Shown here piece by piece: positions 48,475-62,625 of a stretch of 64,000 bases of DNA (positions within the stretch are counted from its first letter, which is position 1; the number at the start of each line of letters is the position of its first letter). This DNA is from Mobula hypostoma (lineage: Eukaryota). Below the pieces are notes generated by a model. That model was given only the letters and a program-made list of their open reading frames with translations. It was not told the origin of the DNA and did not search any database. The stretch is from positions 96,288,001-96,352,000 of the forward strand of contig NC_086108.1 of NCBI RefSeq assembly GCF_963921235.1, given 5' to 3'. The translations under genes were made by a program, and so were the position numbers.

Positions 48475-48949
48475 TATAGGTGAACTTGCTGGTAGTGAAG
48501 CAAAAACAGAAAATACAGGCAACCCTCCACAGGTTAGTCAGCATCTGTAGGAGAGGAAACAATCAGTTTTTCTGGTCCTGGACCATTCATTTGAACTGGG
48601 AAAGAGAGAAAGCAAGCAAATTTCTGGAGAAACTCAGCGGGCCAGGCAGTCTATGTGGAGGGAAATGGACAGTCGAGATTTCAAGTTGAGACTGTTCCTC
48701 TGGATTGAAGGATACACGGGAGCTAGGCAGTAGGAGAAGGAGTGGAGCAGAAAGTTTAGGTAGAAGAGAAGATATGGGAGAAGGGTTATATATGAATCTC
48801 TGGTCCCTTTGCTTGTGGCGGTGTTCCCATCAAACTAATATCCATTTCTTCCAGGTGATGAGGTTTGCATGTTTGGGAGATGCTGCCGTGGTGACCTAGG
48901 CCAGTAACTGCCATGTCAATGGTCGAGAAACCCAATGTTTGGGATGATT

Positions 48950-49265
48950 AAGGACCCCATCATCCAGGACATGCCTTCTTCCCATTGCCACTATCAAGGT
49001 GGTGGTACAGGAACCTGAAGACATACACTCAATGTTTTAGGAATAGCTTCATTCCCTCTGTCATTAGATTACTGAATGGACAATGAAACCATCTACACTT
49101 TTTCTTTTATTTGCTCTCTTTTTGCACTAATAATTTATTTTTTTTTATATACACAGAGTTCTTACTGTGATTTATAGCTTTTTATTATTGTATGGCCATG
49201 TTCTGCTGGTGCAAAACAATATATTTCATGACATATACCAGTGATATTAAACCTGACTCTGATTC
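48950..49265 (+). mobile_element. Rex1/Babar-type LINE 3' fragment
   Basis: AAGGACCCCCATCATCCAGGACATGCC..AATAGCTTC, as at 13750-13890. Confidence 0.75.
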
Positions 49266-51945
49266 TCTGGTTGATAGGTGACCAACCAAGTGGACATCTC
49301 TGTTGAACTTCTTGAGTGTTGTCAGAGCTGCAGTCATCCACATAAGTTACGAGTATTCCAGATCCTAGTTTGCGCCTTGTGGATGTTAGAGTTTGCAGAG
49401 AAGGGACTGACTGTTGGCTACCCAGCCTCTGAGGAGTTCTTGAAGTTACTGGAAAAATGGTGACTCTCAGATTTTGATGGGGACCTTGTTGAAGCTTATA
49501 GAATATCACGATGTTGACTCTTGTAAATGAATATTTGTATTTGGCATAATAGATGTGTGTATAATTACTCATAATAAATACTTCTATGGTATCCTTAATG
49601 GTTCCTTAAGGCTGTTACAGCTGTGGAGGAGGGTTGACAATGGGGACAAGTTCCCACTAACTATTAAATGCTCCCAGTGGTGTGCACATCAAATAGCCTC
49701 TGACAACAAAGTCCAGTTTCTGGTTTTCACGTGTGGCTTAGCTACTGAGCCTGGCAGGACCGTTTCTACTGACAGGAGAAGGGGCAAAGGTGGTGAATCT
49801 GTGGACTCTACTTCCACAGATAGCTCTTGAGGCCGTCATTCTGCACATTTAAAGCAGACATTGATAGGTTCTTGATTAGTAAGGTCATCAGATATTATAT
49901 TGGAAAAGGCAGGGGAATGGGTTTGAAAGGGATAATAAGTTAGCCATGATGGAATGGCGGAGCAGACTTGATGGACCACATTACCTAATTTTGCTTCTAT
50001 GTTTTATGATGTTATGGTCTTACCTGGATGTTTATCAGGTAAAGTGTCAGCCTTTAAGAAAGGTTTTCTGGGTTTCCACTGATCTATTCCTGGTTTGACT
50101 CTTGTACATTTTAGCTGTAATGTTAATTGTGCCCCCATGTTGTGGATGAGCCCAGCTGGGGGAATAATCTCTGCCTCGCATACCTGTTGTGCTTATTGCA
50201 GAATGCCCCAAACTGCCCGTCCTGACGACAGTGAAGAAAGGACTGCAAAGAATGGAATCTATTTTATAATAGATCAAAATTGCCAAAGAAAATATATGCT
50301 GACAAATTGCCACAAGGCTTAGTTATAGTGTGCACACTTCCAAGTAGACCAAGTCAGGAAATATTGAAACCACGCTTTTTGGCTCATGTTGATTCCAGCA
50401 AATTACTTGAAATCATTTTGTACATTTTTACTCTAAACCTACCCTCATATCCTTGAAAAATTCAATTCTTCCATCATTTCATTCAGTGATATATCCTCTT
50501 CTCCTTCAAATTCACAACTAATTGTTCTCATCCTTTTCCCTTTAATTATCTCTCACCTCTCTTTCACTCCTCCCCCCTCCCTCTCTCTCTGTCAAAATCT
50601 CCAATTCAACACATGAAAATTTCCCTCACTGGAAGAGAATAAGCAATGTTTTGGGCCAACACCCTTCATCAGGACTGAAAAGGAAGGGGGAAGATGACAG
50701 AGCAAGGTGGTGGGGGGAGAGGAAAGAATATATGCTGGCAGGTGATAGGTGAGACCAGGTGGGGGGGGGGAAGGTGGATGGATGAGGGGAAATGAATTGA
50801 GAAGCTGGGAAGGTGACAGCTTCGTGAATAGGAGTCAGCAGTTTTCCTTCACTCCTGCTCCTCTGACTTTTACAATTGTCTGTTTTGTTTCTTAGCTTTC
50901 ACTTTCAACTTCACGTGAGGTAGTGTTATAAACAAAACCATGCTTGGGATGGTGTCATGAAAATCAGGGAAGGATCCAACTGCCAAAAGCAACTATTTCA
51001 ATCATCTCATTACAGGAAAGGTTCCACAAAATGAGAACTGGATTATAGCCGGCCACATTGTGGTTTTTGTCTCCTTTCACAGAAAAAATGCAAAATTAGC
51101 CCCAACATGCATGGAGATCAGTGTGCATCAGCAAGTAGAAAAAGGCAGATTGAGTTCCTGAGGTTTAGTAAAGAGTGTAAGGTTTCCAGTTGCAGGTTTT
51201 ATCAACAGAATGGAACAATTTCTGTCACATAACTCAATTCCCATTTCTTTGAACACTTTACTTGAATGCGGTAACCACATCAATTTCAAATCCAGTTGGC
51301 TATATTATCCTGGATTCCATGGGCTCTTACCTTTCAAATTCCCAGGTGGATCTTTGTTAAAGTCCTCAGAAGTGCGCTCTGCATTAAAGAGGGATGGTTG
51401 CATTCCTAGAAAGTGGACCATATCACAATTTGTCATAATGACAAGTCACTTCATCGGTACCTTTGTCAAAAAAAAATATGAGCTGTAAAATAATTGTGTC
51501 GATTTATTTACTTTTTTGCATATAGATTCTGTAAGAGTGGATTTAATCTATATCTCAAAGTTTGGGGTAGCGATTTGTGAATTCTGGAAAGGTAAATTTC
51601 CATTTTCCAGGTGGTTGTAACACATTGGCATTGAAGTCCATGCTGTTGACATTGACGGTGTCACCCTCACCATACACCTGGTCACTTCCTCAAAAACAGT
51701 CATATTGGTCAGGCAGGATGTCCTACTAATAAAGGCAAACTGACCATCACTCTCTGCCAACCAAGTGCAGATTAACTTTGTCTCTCAGAACTTGTAGAAA
51801 TGATATTGCTCGCATTGGTGTGTCTCACCAGCTAATAATTAGCTCGACTTTCCCTGCTGTCCTTTTGAATAAAGGCACCTGATTGATTGTTCTCCAGTAA
51901 TTTAGCACCCCCTATGGCCTGAGAATATTTGAAAATTTCTCTCAT

Positions 51946-52002
51946 AGTGGGGTTTACCCATTCTACTCCTACAGTGGGGTTTATCCATTCTACTCCTACA
52001 GT
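51946..52002. repeat. 27-bp tandem duplication
   Basis: AGTGGGGTTTA(C/T)CCATTCTACTCCTAC twice. Confidence 0.9.
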
Positions 52003-53164
52003 TATCGGCTGGCAGATAGTTGAGCTCTTTTTGCATGTCTGTTATTGTCGGAAGTTGCTGACAGGTTAGGCAGCTGCAAGAGAGAGCCAAAAAACTCCAT
52101 AAAAAGGATCAGCCTTGACTGAATGGCAGAGCAGACTCGATGGGCCAAATGGTCTAATTCTACTATGTCTTATGGTCGTATAACAAACCTTTCAGCAACC
52201 TGTTATTCAACAGTGGATATTACTTCAGTTTTCAGTATAGTTAGATCTGAACATTCAGGCTGCCTCCAATTGAGAAAAAGGATACACCAATGCCACAAAA
52301 GTTAAATGGTGAACATCAATTATCAGCCCACTTTGTCAATAATGTCTGTAAATTGGAAGTGCCTGTTATAGTTTTGTCAGCATGTGTATCATTTATACAC
52401 ATCTCAAGTAAAGTTAGCCTTCATTATCACATTAACTGCAGCTGAGATTATTTTTGTTTACAAGTCATGTTCAGACTGTATACTTCAAATGAACACTAAA
52501 TCAAATTGTGAAGGGGCCTCATTACTGTCTTTGTGCATTTGATTAATTTAATTTGCCTAAACTAGCAATGACCACAGGCACTGCATCTACCCTCTAATTT
52601 AATAGCGATTTCTCATCTATGCTGTGAGTTCTTTGTCCCTGCAATGTTTAAATACCTTCTCCCTTTTCCAAGGGTTCGTCTTCATGGTTATATTTCTTTG
52701 TGTTTAAACTGTCCAGTTGACTTTCTCTACATCACATCTGTGGAACAAAGATGACCAGAGCCTGCATGTCTCTCAGTCATCACAAAAGTCAAATACTAGA
52801 GGGCATTGATTTAACTTGAGGCTTGGGGGATGTTTAAAAGATATGTGCAGGGCAAATTTTTTAAAAAAACACAGAAATAATGGGTGCCGGGAACACACTG
52901 GCCGGAGAAGAGCGGGAAGCAGATGTAATATCAATGTTTCAGAGACATTCAGAACAGAATTAGAATCGGGCTTAATATTACCAGCATTATGTTGCGATAT
53001 TTGTCGTCTTTGCAGCAGCAATACAATCCAATGCATAATAATAAGAAACTGAATTGCAGCAAGTGTATTAAATAAGTAGGCAGGTACTCCTACAGGTAAT
53101 GGTGGCATAAAGACCACCATGCGAGCAGAATCAGAGCCACATTTATTATATCTGACATATACAA

Positions 53165-54320
53165 GACTAGAAGACCATAAGGTATAGGAGCAGAATTAGG
53201 CCATTTGGCCCATCAAGTCTGATCTACCATTTCATCATGGCTGAACCAATTTTCCCTCTCAGACCCAATCTCCTGCCTTCTTCCCGGTATCCCTTCATGC
53301 CCTGACTAATCAAGAGTCTATCAACCTCTGCCTTAGATACACACAAGGGCGGCTTCCACAGCAACCTGGGGGCAAAGAATTCCACAGAGTCACCATTCTC
53401 TGGAAGATTAGATTCCTACTCATCTCTATTCTAAAAGGATGCCCCTCCATTCTGAGGCCGTGTCCTCTGGTCTTAGACTCTCCCACTATAGAAAACATCC
53501 TCTCCACATCTACTCTATCAAAGCCTTTCACTATTCAATAGGTTTAAATGAGGTCAACCCTCATTCCTAATTCTAGTGAATACAGGCCCAGAGCAATCAA
53601 ACACTCTTCATATGACAAGACATTCAATCCTGGAATCATTTTTGTGAATCTCCTATGAACCCTCTTCAGTTTCAGCACATCCTTCTAAGATAAGGGCCCA
53701 GACCTGCTCACAATACTCTAAGTGAGGCCTCACTAGTGCTTTATAAAGTTTCAACATTATAAGTTTTTTTATGCAGAGAGTGGTGTGTGTGGAATGGGCT
53801 GCTGGCGACGGTGGTGGAGGCGGATATGATAGGGTCTTTTAAGAGAGTCCTAGACAGGTATATGGCGCTCAGAAAAATAGAGGGCTATGGGTAACCCTAG
53901 GTAATTTCTCAGGTAAGAACATGCTCAGCACAGCTTTGTGGGCCGAAGGGCCTGTATTGTGCTGTAGTTTTTCTATGTTTCTGTGTTTCTATTATATCCT
54001 TGTTTTTATTTTCTAGTCCTCTTGAAATGAATACTAACATTGCATTTACCTTCCTCACTACTGACTCAACCTGCTTACGTTCATATTCCATCTTTATCTT
54101 GTTAGCCACGGTTGTGTCATCTTCCTCTTTGGGATGTATGCATCCTGTGCCTTCCAAATTGCTTCCAGAAATTCCAGCCGTTGCTGCTCTGCTGTCACCC
54201 CTGCCAGTGTTCTTTTCTAATCAATTCTGGCCAACTCCTCTCTCATGCCTCTGTAATTCCCTTTACTCCACTGTAATACTGATACATCTGACTTTAGCTT
54301 TTTTTTCCCCCATTGTCATA
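53165..54320 (-). mobile_element. CR1 fragments with a nested sense CR1 tail (53762-53990)
   Basis: KGFDRVDVERMF..KTRGHGL; the insert is flanked by ATTATA at 53756-53761 and 53991-53996. Confidence 0.8.
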
Positions 54321-54324
54321 GTAG

Positions 54325-54925
54325 TCATAGTCATACTTTACTGATCCCGGGGGAAATTGTTTTTTGTTACAGTTGCACCATAAATAATAAATAGTAATAA
54401 AACCATAAATAGTTAAATAGTAATATGTAAATAGTGCCAGGAAATAAATCCAGGACCAGCCTTATTGGCTCAGGGTGTCTGAACCCTCCAAGGGAGGAGT
54501 TGTAAAGTTTGATGGCCACAGGCAGGAATGACTTCCTATGACGCTCAGTGCTGCATCTCGGTGGAATGAGTCTCTGGCTGAATGTACTCCTGTGCCCACC
54601 TAGTACATTATGTAGTGGATGGGAGACATTGTCCAAGATGGCATGCAACTTGGACAGCATCCTCTTTTGAGACACCACCAGAGTGTCCAGTTCCATCCCC
54701 ACAACATCACTGGCCTTACGAATGAGTTTGTTGATTCTGTTGGTGTCTGCCACCCTCAGCCTGCTGCCCCAGCCCACAACAGCAAACATGATAGCACTGG
54801 CCACCACAGACTCATAGAACATCCTCAGCATCATCCGGCAGATGTTAAAGGACCTCAGTCTCCTCAGGAAATGGAGACGTCTGTGACCCTTCTTGTAGAC
54901 AGCCTCAATGTCCTTTGACCAGTTC
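54325..54925 (-). mobile_element. Rex1/Babar-type LINE 3' fragment
   Basis: KKGHRRLHFLRRLRSFN..FYESVVAS..; sister of 15166-15679. Confidence 0.88.
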
Positions 54926-55590
54926 ACAGTGAATTCAATCATATTATGTTCACTTTCCCCTAAGAGTTCTTTTACCTTAAGCTCTGTCATCAAAATTGTT
55001 GTCTTGTGGCAGCAGTACAGTGTTATACATAAAAAAGTCACTATAAGTTACAACAAGAATATTTAAAAAGCGAATTACAAGGTGAAAAAAGAGCAAAATA
55101 ATGAGGTAGTGTTCAGGGTTCATGGAACATTTAGAAATCTGATGACAGAGGGGAGCAACCGATTCCTAAAATGGTGAGTGTGTGTCTTCATGCTCCTGTA
55201 CCTCCTCTCTGTTGGTAATAACGAGAAGAGGGCATGTCAGGGATAGTAAGGGTCGTTCATGAAGGACTCTTTATCACAGTCCCGAATGAACAGCAGCACA
55301 GTCCAAGCTTCGACACTTCATTCACTGGAGTACGGTTAGATGCTGCCGTCTGTTTAACACTCAGACTGTCAATTATCACCTGCCACAGTCCTTCATGGAA
55401 AGTCTGTAGTTAAAAGCCTCATGCTGAGCGGTGAGTGCTCAAATCATAGCAATTCTATTTCTAGTACTATTGTTTGTGATTTCACCTTGGGATTTTGTTC
55501 ATGCTGTCTTGTTTATTTCAAGTCTGAGTCAATTCTGGACCTTACTCTGCACTGGGGTTCACTACCATACACAGCTCTCTTGTTACACCA

Positions 55591-56430
55591 TTTTAAACTG
55601 GAGTTGCAAGGGATGGGAACCAGAACACCAGAACAGACAGTGGAGTGGCTGTGAAGAAAGATGTCGTTAAGCCTACATACAAAATCAGAAATCAAAAGGT
55701 TAAGCTTGGTGGAACTAATGTTCTGAGTTGTATACATTTCAGTGCAAGGAGTATTGTAGGAAAAGTGGATGAGCCTAGGGCTTGGATACAGGGCAGTCTG
55801 AAGAGCTCGTCTACTGAAGTTATATGGGTGGAACTGAGGAATAAAAAAAATGGTCAAGTTAATGGGATTATATGACAAACTACCCAACAGTCCACAGGAT
55901 TTACAGCAGCAAATTCATAGAGAGACTGTTGCAAGAAATACAAGGTTGCAGTAGTAGGTGATTCAAAGAGTGCAGAGAATGTTTCCAAGGATTTTCCCAG
56001 GACCTGAACTATCAGGAAATGTTGAATAGGTTTAGGATTTGCTCCCTGGACCATAAGTGAATGAGAGGAGATTTGATAAAGTATACAAATTATGAGGGGT
56101 AGAGACAAGTTAAATGTAAGCAGGCTTTTTCCATGGAGACTGGGTGAGACCAGAGGTCATGGGTTAAGGGTGAAAGGTGAAATGTTTAAGGGGAACATGA
56201 TAGGAAACCTCCTCACTCAGAGGGTGGTGAGTGTGTGGAACGAGCTGTAAGCTCAAGTGTTGAATGGTGTCTCAAGTTCGACACTTTAGAGAAATTTGGG
56301 TAGATATATGGATTGGAGGTATATCAAGGGCTATGGTCCAGGTGCAGGTTGGTGGACTAGGCAGATGAATAGATCAGCAAGGACTATTCTGGCTGCGGGG
56401 CCTGTTTCTGTGCTGTGCTCTTCAATGACT
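55591..56430 (+). mobile_element. Old deleted CR1 beginning at the ORF1/ORF2 junction
   Basis: TTTAAACTGGAGTTGCAAGGGATGGGAACC, then SCIHFSARSIVGKVDE and IWVELRNKK endonuclease remnants, then RT C-terminus and tail. Confidence 0.8.
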
Positions 56431-57219
56431 ATAATGGACGCCACCTTCTTGAGGCACTGCCTTTTGGAGACATCCTCGATGACGAAAAGGCCCGTGTCAG
56501 AGCTAGCTGAATCTACAGCTCTCTGCAGCTCCTTCCGATCCTGTGCTTTGGTGCTGCCATGCTTGATACAGAAGTACATCTGTGGATGAGATTAGTTTGG
56601 ATTGGCATGACGGTTGGCACAGACAATGTGGGCCAAAGGGTTTGCTCCTGTGCGGCACCATTCTTTGCAAATCCATTTTATTTCCCCTCCCATCTGCACC
56701 CTTCCTCCCTGGATTCGTGTGATGCACAAGGGGCAACACACAGCGGTCGGTCAAATAACTTAACAACTTGCAGCTCTCTAGGACTGGGAGGAAACTAGAG
56801 TGGGTAGGGAAAACTCACGCAGGCACTGTGAAAATGTACCAGCTCTCCACAGTCAGCACCGGAGGGTCTCTGGAGCTGTTGCACAGTGTTGCCCCTGTAC
56901 AGCCATAAAATGGGTCCTTCGGCACTCCACAGTTTACGGTATCTTGCCGCCTTCAGAATGGCTGCTGTATCCAAGTCAATCACAAAAGAACTGGCACTTC
57001 AAAGCTACTCACCACTGGCATTGTCTTGGGGAAGATCAGTGAGATGTGATGAGGTATTAGACAAATGCAGGTAGATGTTTGAAATATAGTTCAAAAAGTT
57101 CTGATCAATAATTAAGAGTGTGTTGAAAAGCTGAATAATTACAATTGTCATAATACCTTGGCAGGAACTAGGTGTTAAAAGAACAGAAGGGACAAGAAAC
57201 TAGATTCAGAAAGCAGATT

Positions 57220-57575
57220 AACACACACAAAATGCTAAAGGAACTCAGCAGGTCAGGCAAAATCTATGGAGAGGAATAAACAGTCAACATTTCGGGCCAA
57301 GACACTTCATCAGGACTGGAAAGGAAGGGGAAAGAAGCCAGAAAAGAAAGATGGAGGGAGGAGGAGGAGGAGGAGAAGGGGGTGACAGGTGGAGAAGGTA
57401 AAAGCTGAAGGAGAATGAATCTGATAGGACAGGAGAGTAGGCCATGGGAAACTGGGAAGGAGGAGGGTCACCAGAGAGAGGTGAGGAGAAGAGAAAGGGG
57501 AAGAGGGGAGCCAGAATGGGGACTGAAAAAGACTGGGGGGTGGGGGTGGAGAAATTACCAGAGGTTAGGAAAATC
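57220..57575 (-). mobile_element. Penelope-like tail with hammerhead motif (57281-57318)
   Basis: Minus strand reads CAGTC CTGATGA AGTGTCTTGGCCC GAAA TGTT GACTG. Confidence 0.8.
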
Positions 57576-57974
57576 ATTTGAGAAAGCAGTTAAAAGGTTG
57601 AAAAGACCAAATGAGTGAATTAAGGAAGCAGGAAAACAAATAGGTGGTAAATGTCTCAATATGTTAAATCGCTGGAATAGTACTGCTGGAGCCTGCTTGG
57701 AGCTGTGCTGGAACGCTGAAGGAGATGAGGGGGTTTCGGTCGGATGGGTCAGGGGAAGTGGGAGCTGGAGCCGCAGTTAGAGTAATGTATCTCAGATGGA
57801 ACAGGATCAAAATGTTACTGCTGGTCAAAGCAATATCCCAGCCTAATCAGAGAGCAAGTGGACCTACTTGCAGACCACAGTTGTCTGGGGCTCCGTACAG
57901 TGGGTCAGGGAGGTTGCTGGGTAGACCATGATACAACAAGAAGGTGCCAAGGAAGTAGGTCAGGTGATAGAGCT

Positions 57975-58860
57975 TTTCACAATCTCAGGATGTCCTAAAG
58001 AGCTTCACAACCAGAAGTACTGTCTTTTCACTGCTGTAGACCACAAGACTGCAGGAACAGAATTAGGCCTATCGAACTCGATCCGCCATTCAATCATGAC
58101 TGATTTTTTTTTTAACCCAATTATGCTGCTTTCTCCCTGTAGCTCTTAAACCAACCAAGAACCTATGAATCCCGGGCCTAAAACATCGCCAATTTATTCC
58201 TCTCCACAGATTTTGCCTGACCTACTGAGTTCCTCCAACATTTTGTGTGTTTTACTCTAGATTTTCTTCATCTGCTGAATCTTTTGTGTTTATATACCTA
58301 TGAATCTCTGCCTTAAATACACACAATAACTTGGTCTCCACAGCATGTGTGGCCATGAATTCCACAGATAACCACCTTCTGGCTGAAAAAAAACTCCTCT
58401 TCATCTCAGTTTTCAGGGAATTTCCTTTCATTCTGAATCAACAGTATACCCTCAAATCGCAGATTCTCCTGCTAGTAGAATATTCTCTCCATGTCCATTC
58501 TATCCAGGCCTTTCATTATCCAGTAGGTTTCTATGAGAGCTCCCTCATCCCACCCCCCCCCCCCCCATCCTTCTGAACACCATCCAGCACAGGCCAGGAG
58601 ACAATAACCGATCTACACACAGTGCCCACAAACAGCATGTGATATTGACCAGACTCTCCACTACGGTGACATTGAATGAATGTTAATCATTGGCCAGGAT
58701 ACTGGGGGAAAATGTCCCTGTTCTTTCCAGGTGACCGTCACCTGAGGGACCCAGTCCTCCTTTGGGCTAGCATTCCCTTGGCAGTACATTGGAATGCTCA
58801 CCTGGAGTGTTGAGTCCAGGCCTCTGGAGCGGGCCAGAGCCTTGTGATCCTGGAGGGCCT
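57975..58860 (-). mobile_element. Old Deu-domain (SacSINE1/AmnSINE-like) SINE split by an antisense CR1 (about 58039-58610), which holds a Penelope tail (58172-58295)
   Basis: AACAGCATGTGATATTGACCAGA..ATTGGCCAGGATACTGGGG resembles the recalled SacSINE1 consensus; inner 11-bp TSD ACCTATGAATC at 58161-58171 and 58296-58306. Confidence 0.6.
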
Positions 58861-60065
58861 CCAACCAAGCAGGGTTAACAGGGTTAGTAAAAGTATCAGG
58901 GGTGGGGTGGGAAAAGAGAGGATGTACTCTGTGGGCGGGGAAACATATCTTAAAATACCAGATGAGATGGAAAATGATCAGCCGGTTGCCAAGTCTGCTA
59001 ACTGACTAATTCTGATGAATAATCTGCACGGAAATGTCACTGCATCTTTGCTCCTGATCAATGTCAGCTTTGGCCCAGATGAAATGTGCACAAATGAGAT
59101 CTACAGCACATTTTGTCTGAAAATATTTCCAGTATTTTCTGCTGTTTCATGCTAACAGGACCAGCTGCATGTCCAATTAGGTGTGGGAGTCAAGCACAGA
59201 AAAATACCAGCAATTTTTGTTTTCAATTTCAGAGAAAGCTGTCATTAAAACAACGGTTAAAAAGAATATGATGGATATGAGTTAATTACTGAAAAAGGAC
59301 TTAATTCACTTTTCAATAAAAATAATTGTCCCCCACAAGAATTTACTTCAGTTGAAGAGTTACAAATGGCATTGGCAATGGCTGTCAAGTGTTTAATATT
59401 ATTAACACTAAACAAGCCAAATAAACCAATGCCAACTTGTTTAATCTTGCAGGATTCCTGTGACAGTTTGATAAAAATGCTTCATTATTTTAGTCCTGAA
59501 AAATTACTTTTTCTGTTAACTTCACACTAAGATTTCAACGGGGACAGCAAGCAAAATTGCTCAACGTTATAATTAAACTTAGTGGTTGCTGCTGCCATTT
59601 GGTTCCTGTACAGGGCTATCTTTTAAAATTCTGGTTCAGTTAAAGAAGCATCGTATGTCATACAGCCCAAGCACAATTTGTACATTGATTATAACCTTCT
59701 CATAAACTTGTAGCTACGAGCTATCCTTAAGCACAGTTTGTCTTTATTCAATGTCTGTGCTGAATTTTCAGATAGAAACCTTAGCTTCAGGCTGAAGCAG
59801 CTCTGCCCAGATCTACAACAATTAAATGGAAAGTAACAAAACAGCAATCCTTTAAGGACTGCCTATGATTAAGAGACTGACTAACAGCCAGCATTCCAGA
59901 TCATTAAATAAAGAACACAAGGTCAAACCTATATGGTCCACTAATGAATGTCCAACAGGGAACATCTGCTGACCTTACTCAGTCAGGCCCATATCAGATC
60001 CCAAACCCAAGGCAGTCATCCAGTTGCTGGTATTTTTCAGCATTAAGGACACCAAAAAGCCAGCC

Positions 60066-60170
60066 AGCAGTGTAGTGACATCCGCACCGGACTTAGAGGC
60101 AAGTGACCCCCGGTTCAAATCCGGCCGGCTCATTGCACACTTTCCATCTGCGCTGGGCTGAGCATTGAGC
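60066..60170 (+). mobile_element. tRNA-derived SINE head fragment
   Basis: A-box-like AGTGTAGTG and B box GGTTCAAATCC. Confidence 0.6.
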
Positions 60171-60524
60171 TTTGTGAATGCACTCAGGAAAATTAATCTC
60201 ATAGTATATGATGACATATTTACTTTAATAACAACTTTGAACTATTTCTCTGTTTCTAAATCCCATCACGCAAACTGAAGAATTTAAATAAACGTAATGA
60301 GATGGCTCTGGATTTTTTCCCCCCCCTCTGACAGCAGGGATGAGAGGAGAACACAGGGGTGTGGGACCAGTGTAAAGAGTCAGCAGGGATTTGACAGGCC
60401 TAATTCATTCCTTCTGCACTCTGTGATCTACCATCCCAAAAAGGAACCTGTGGCAGTGCAAGAGAAGTTGAGTCCTGATGCCATTGATACTGTAAGTGGA
60501 CACAGGTATTTCTGACGCAAGAAA

Positions 60525-61795
60525 GAAGTTTGTACACTCTCCCCGTGACTGCGTGGGTTTCCTCCCACAGTCCAAAGTTGTACCAGTTTTTTTATGTTTC
60601 AGCTGGTAGGTTAATTGGTCATTGGCTGGGATTAAATTAGGGGTTGCTGGGTAGAGTGGCACAAAGAGCTGGAAAGGACCATTCCTTACACTATCTCAAT
60701 ACAAATAATTCAGTTTGATAGTTTCTAATGGAGACAAATTACCTAAACCTGAAAATTATCCTCTCATTTACAAGTGGGAGCAAGACATTGGACTCTCGAC
60801 CTCTCAATCTCCCTTGTTATGATCTTGCATCTTGTCTATCTGCACTGCACTTTCTCTGTAGCTGCCACACTTTAGTCTGCACTGTTATTGTTCTACCTCA
60901 ATGCACTGTGTAATGATTGGATCTGTTTGCAAGGGCTGGCATAGCACCCAGGAGTTTGCACAACACTACCGTAACACCCCTGTCTGTAAGGAGTTTGTAT
61001 GTCCCCCCCACAACCATCTGGGCTTCCTTCAGGTGCTCCAGTTTCCCACATTGCAAAGATGTACAGGTTAGTAGATTAATTGTTCACAGGGATGCAACTG
61101 GACAGTGTGGGCTTGTTGGGCAAGAATGACCTGTTATCATGCTGGATCTCAAATTTAAAAACTTCCAAACTGGTTAAATTAAAATTAAAAACTTTTCACT
61201 GCATCTGAGTGTGTGAGAGACAATAATAAAACAATTCCAACTCATTTAAAAGTGAAGAGGCTGAGAAATGAATTGGACATGCTGATACCATTCCCTGGGC
61301 CAGGGAGGCAATCCCTGGTTACGACAGGATTCTGTTCCCAAGAACTGCCGGCACTGTGTGGGAGAGGATCTCAGAAACAGTGGTGCTGGAATAGAGAGTG
61401 GGTACAGGACGAGCAGCCGCTGGCCAAACTCACTAACTTACCAAGTGAGCGGGTGATTCTGCTCAACCCTCCCACTTGGCCTGGCTGTCTCCGGCTGCTG
61501 ATTGCTGTGACTTTAGCTGTGGGGCCGGGAGAGCTGGTGACAGAGAGAGGGAGGGAATGTGGAAGTGCCTGGTTCCCACCCAGCAGAGGCAATACTGTAG
61601 CACGGTGCTTAGCATAACAGGTTCAGCACCCCGGGTACAATTCTCACCGCTGACTATAAAGAGTTTGTACATTCTCCCCATGATTCTGGTTTCCTCCCAG
61701 GTTCCAATCTCATACAGGTCACATGGGTGGGATTGGGGTGATGCAAGCTTAATGAGCTGTTACCAAGCTGCGTCACCTCTAAATAAAAATAAATA
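60525..61795 (+). mobile_element. Cluster of V-SINE remnants (about 60525-60705, 60935-61150, 61590-61795)
   Basis: CTCCCCGTGACTGCGTGGGTTTCCTCCCACAGTCCAAA and variants. Confidence 0.75.
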
Positions 61796-61819
61796 ATATT
61801 CTAACAACCTAATGCATCT

Positions 61820-62625
61820 ATGCCTCTATTTTATTACCCTGTCAGCTCTCCCTTTAACTACTGATGCTCCAGAGAAAACAATCCAAGTTTGACCAACTAT
61901 CCTTTATATCTCATGCTCTCTAATCCAGGCAGCATCTGGGTGAACCACTGTGGCACCCTCTCCAAAGACTCCACATCTTTCCTGTAATGAGCTGCCAGCA
62001 ATGCTCCAAATACAGCCTCAAAGTTCTATACAGCTGCAGCATGACTTCAAGTCATAGTCAAATCCCCCAACTGACAAAGGTGAGCGTGCCCCACTCTGAC
62101 TTGCGTTGTCATTTTTAGGGAAATATGAAATTGAAATGAGTTGCTATGGCATCAAGGTCCTCACAGGAGTTAAATGGCTGACATGAATACAATGGGCTGA
62201 ATGACCTCCTCCCTCCTAATTTGTTCAAGAATTTATAGAGCAGTACAGCACAGGAACAGGCACCAGCCCACTATTTTGTTTCAAACCATTTAAATTAGTA
62301 ACCAAATGGTCAACTAAACTAATCCCTTACACCTACACAATGGCCATATCCTTCCATTTCCCTCACCTCCATATGCATATCTACACATCTTTAATGTATC
62401 TGCCTCTGACACCACCACAGGCAGTGCATTCCAGGCATCAACTACCCTGTGTAAAAAAAGTTGCCCCCCCACACCCCCCCCCCATCTCCCTCTCTCACCT
62501 TAAATGTATGCCTTCTGGTATTAGATATTTCAACCCCAGGAAAAAGGAACTGTCTGGGTATTCTATCTATACCCCTCAATCTTATTAACCTCAATCAGAT
62601 CTCTCCTCAGCCTTCACCACTCCAG
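61820..62625 (-). mobile_element. CR1 3' fragments
   Basis: Antisense CTCCAGAGAAAACAATCCAAG..TAATCCAGGCAGCATC, and a tail at about 62235. Confidence 0.7.
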
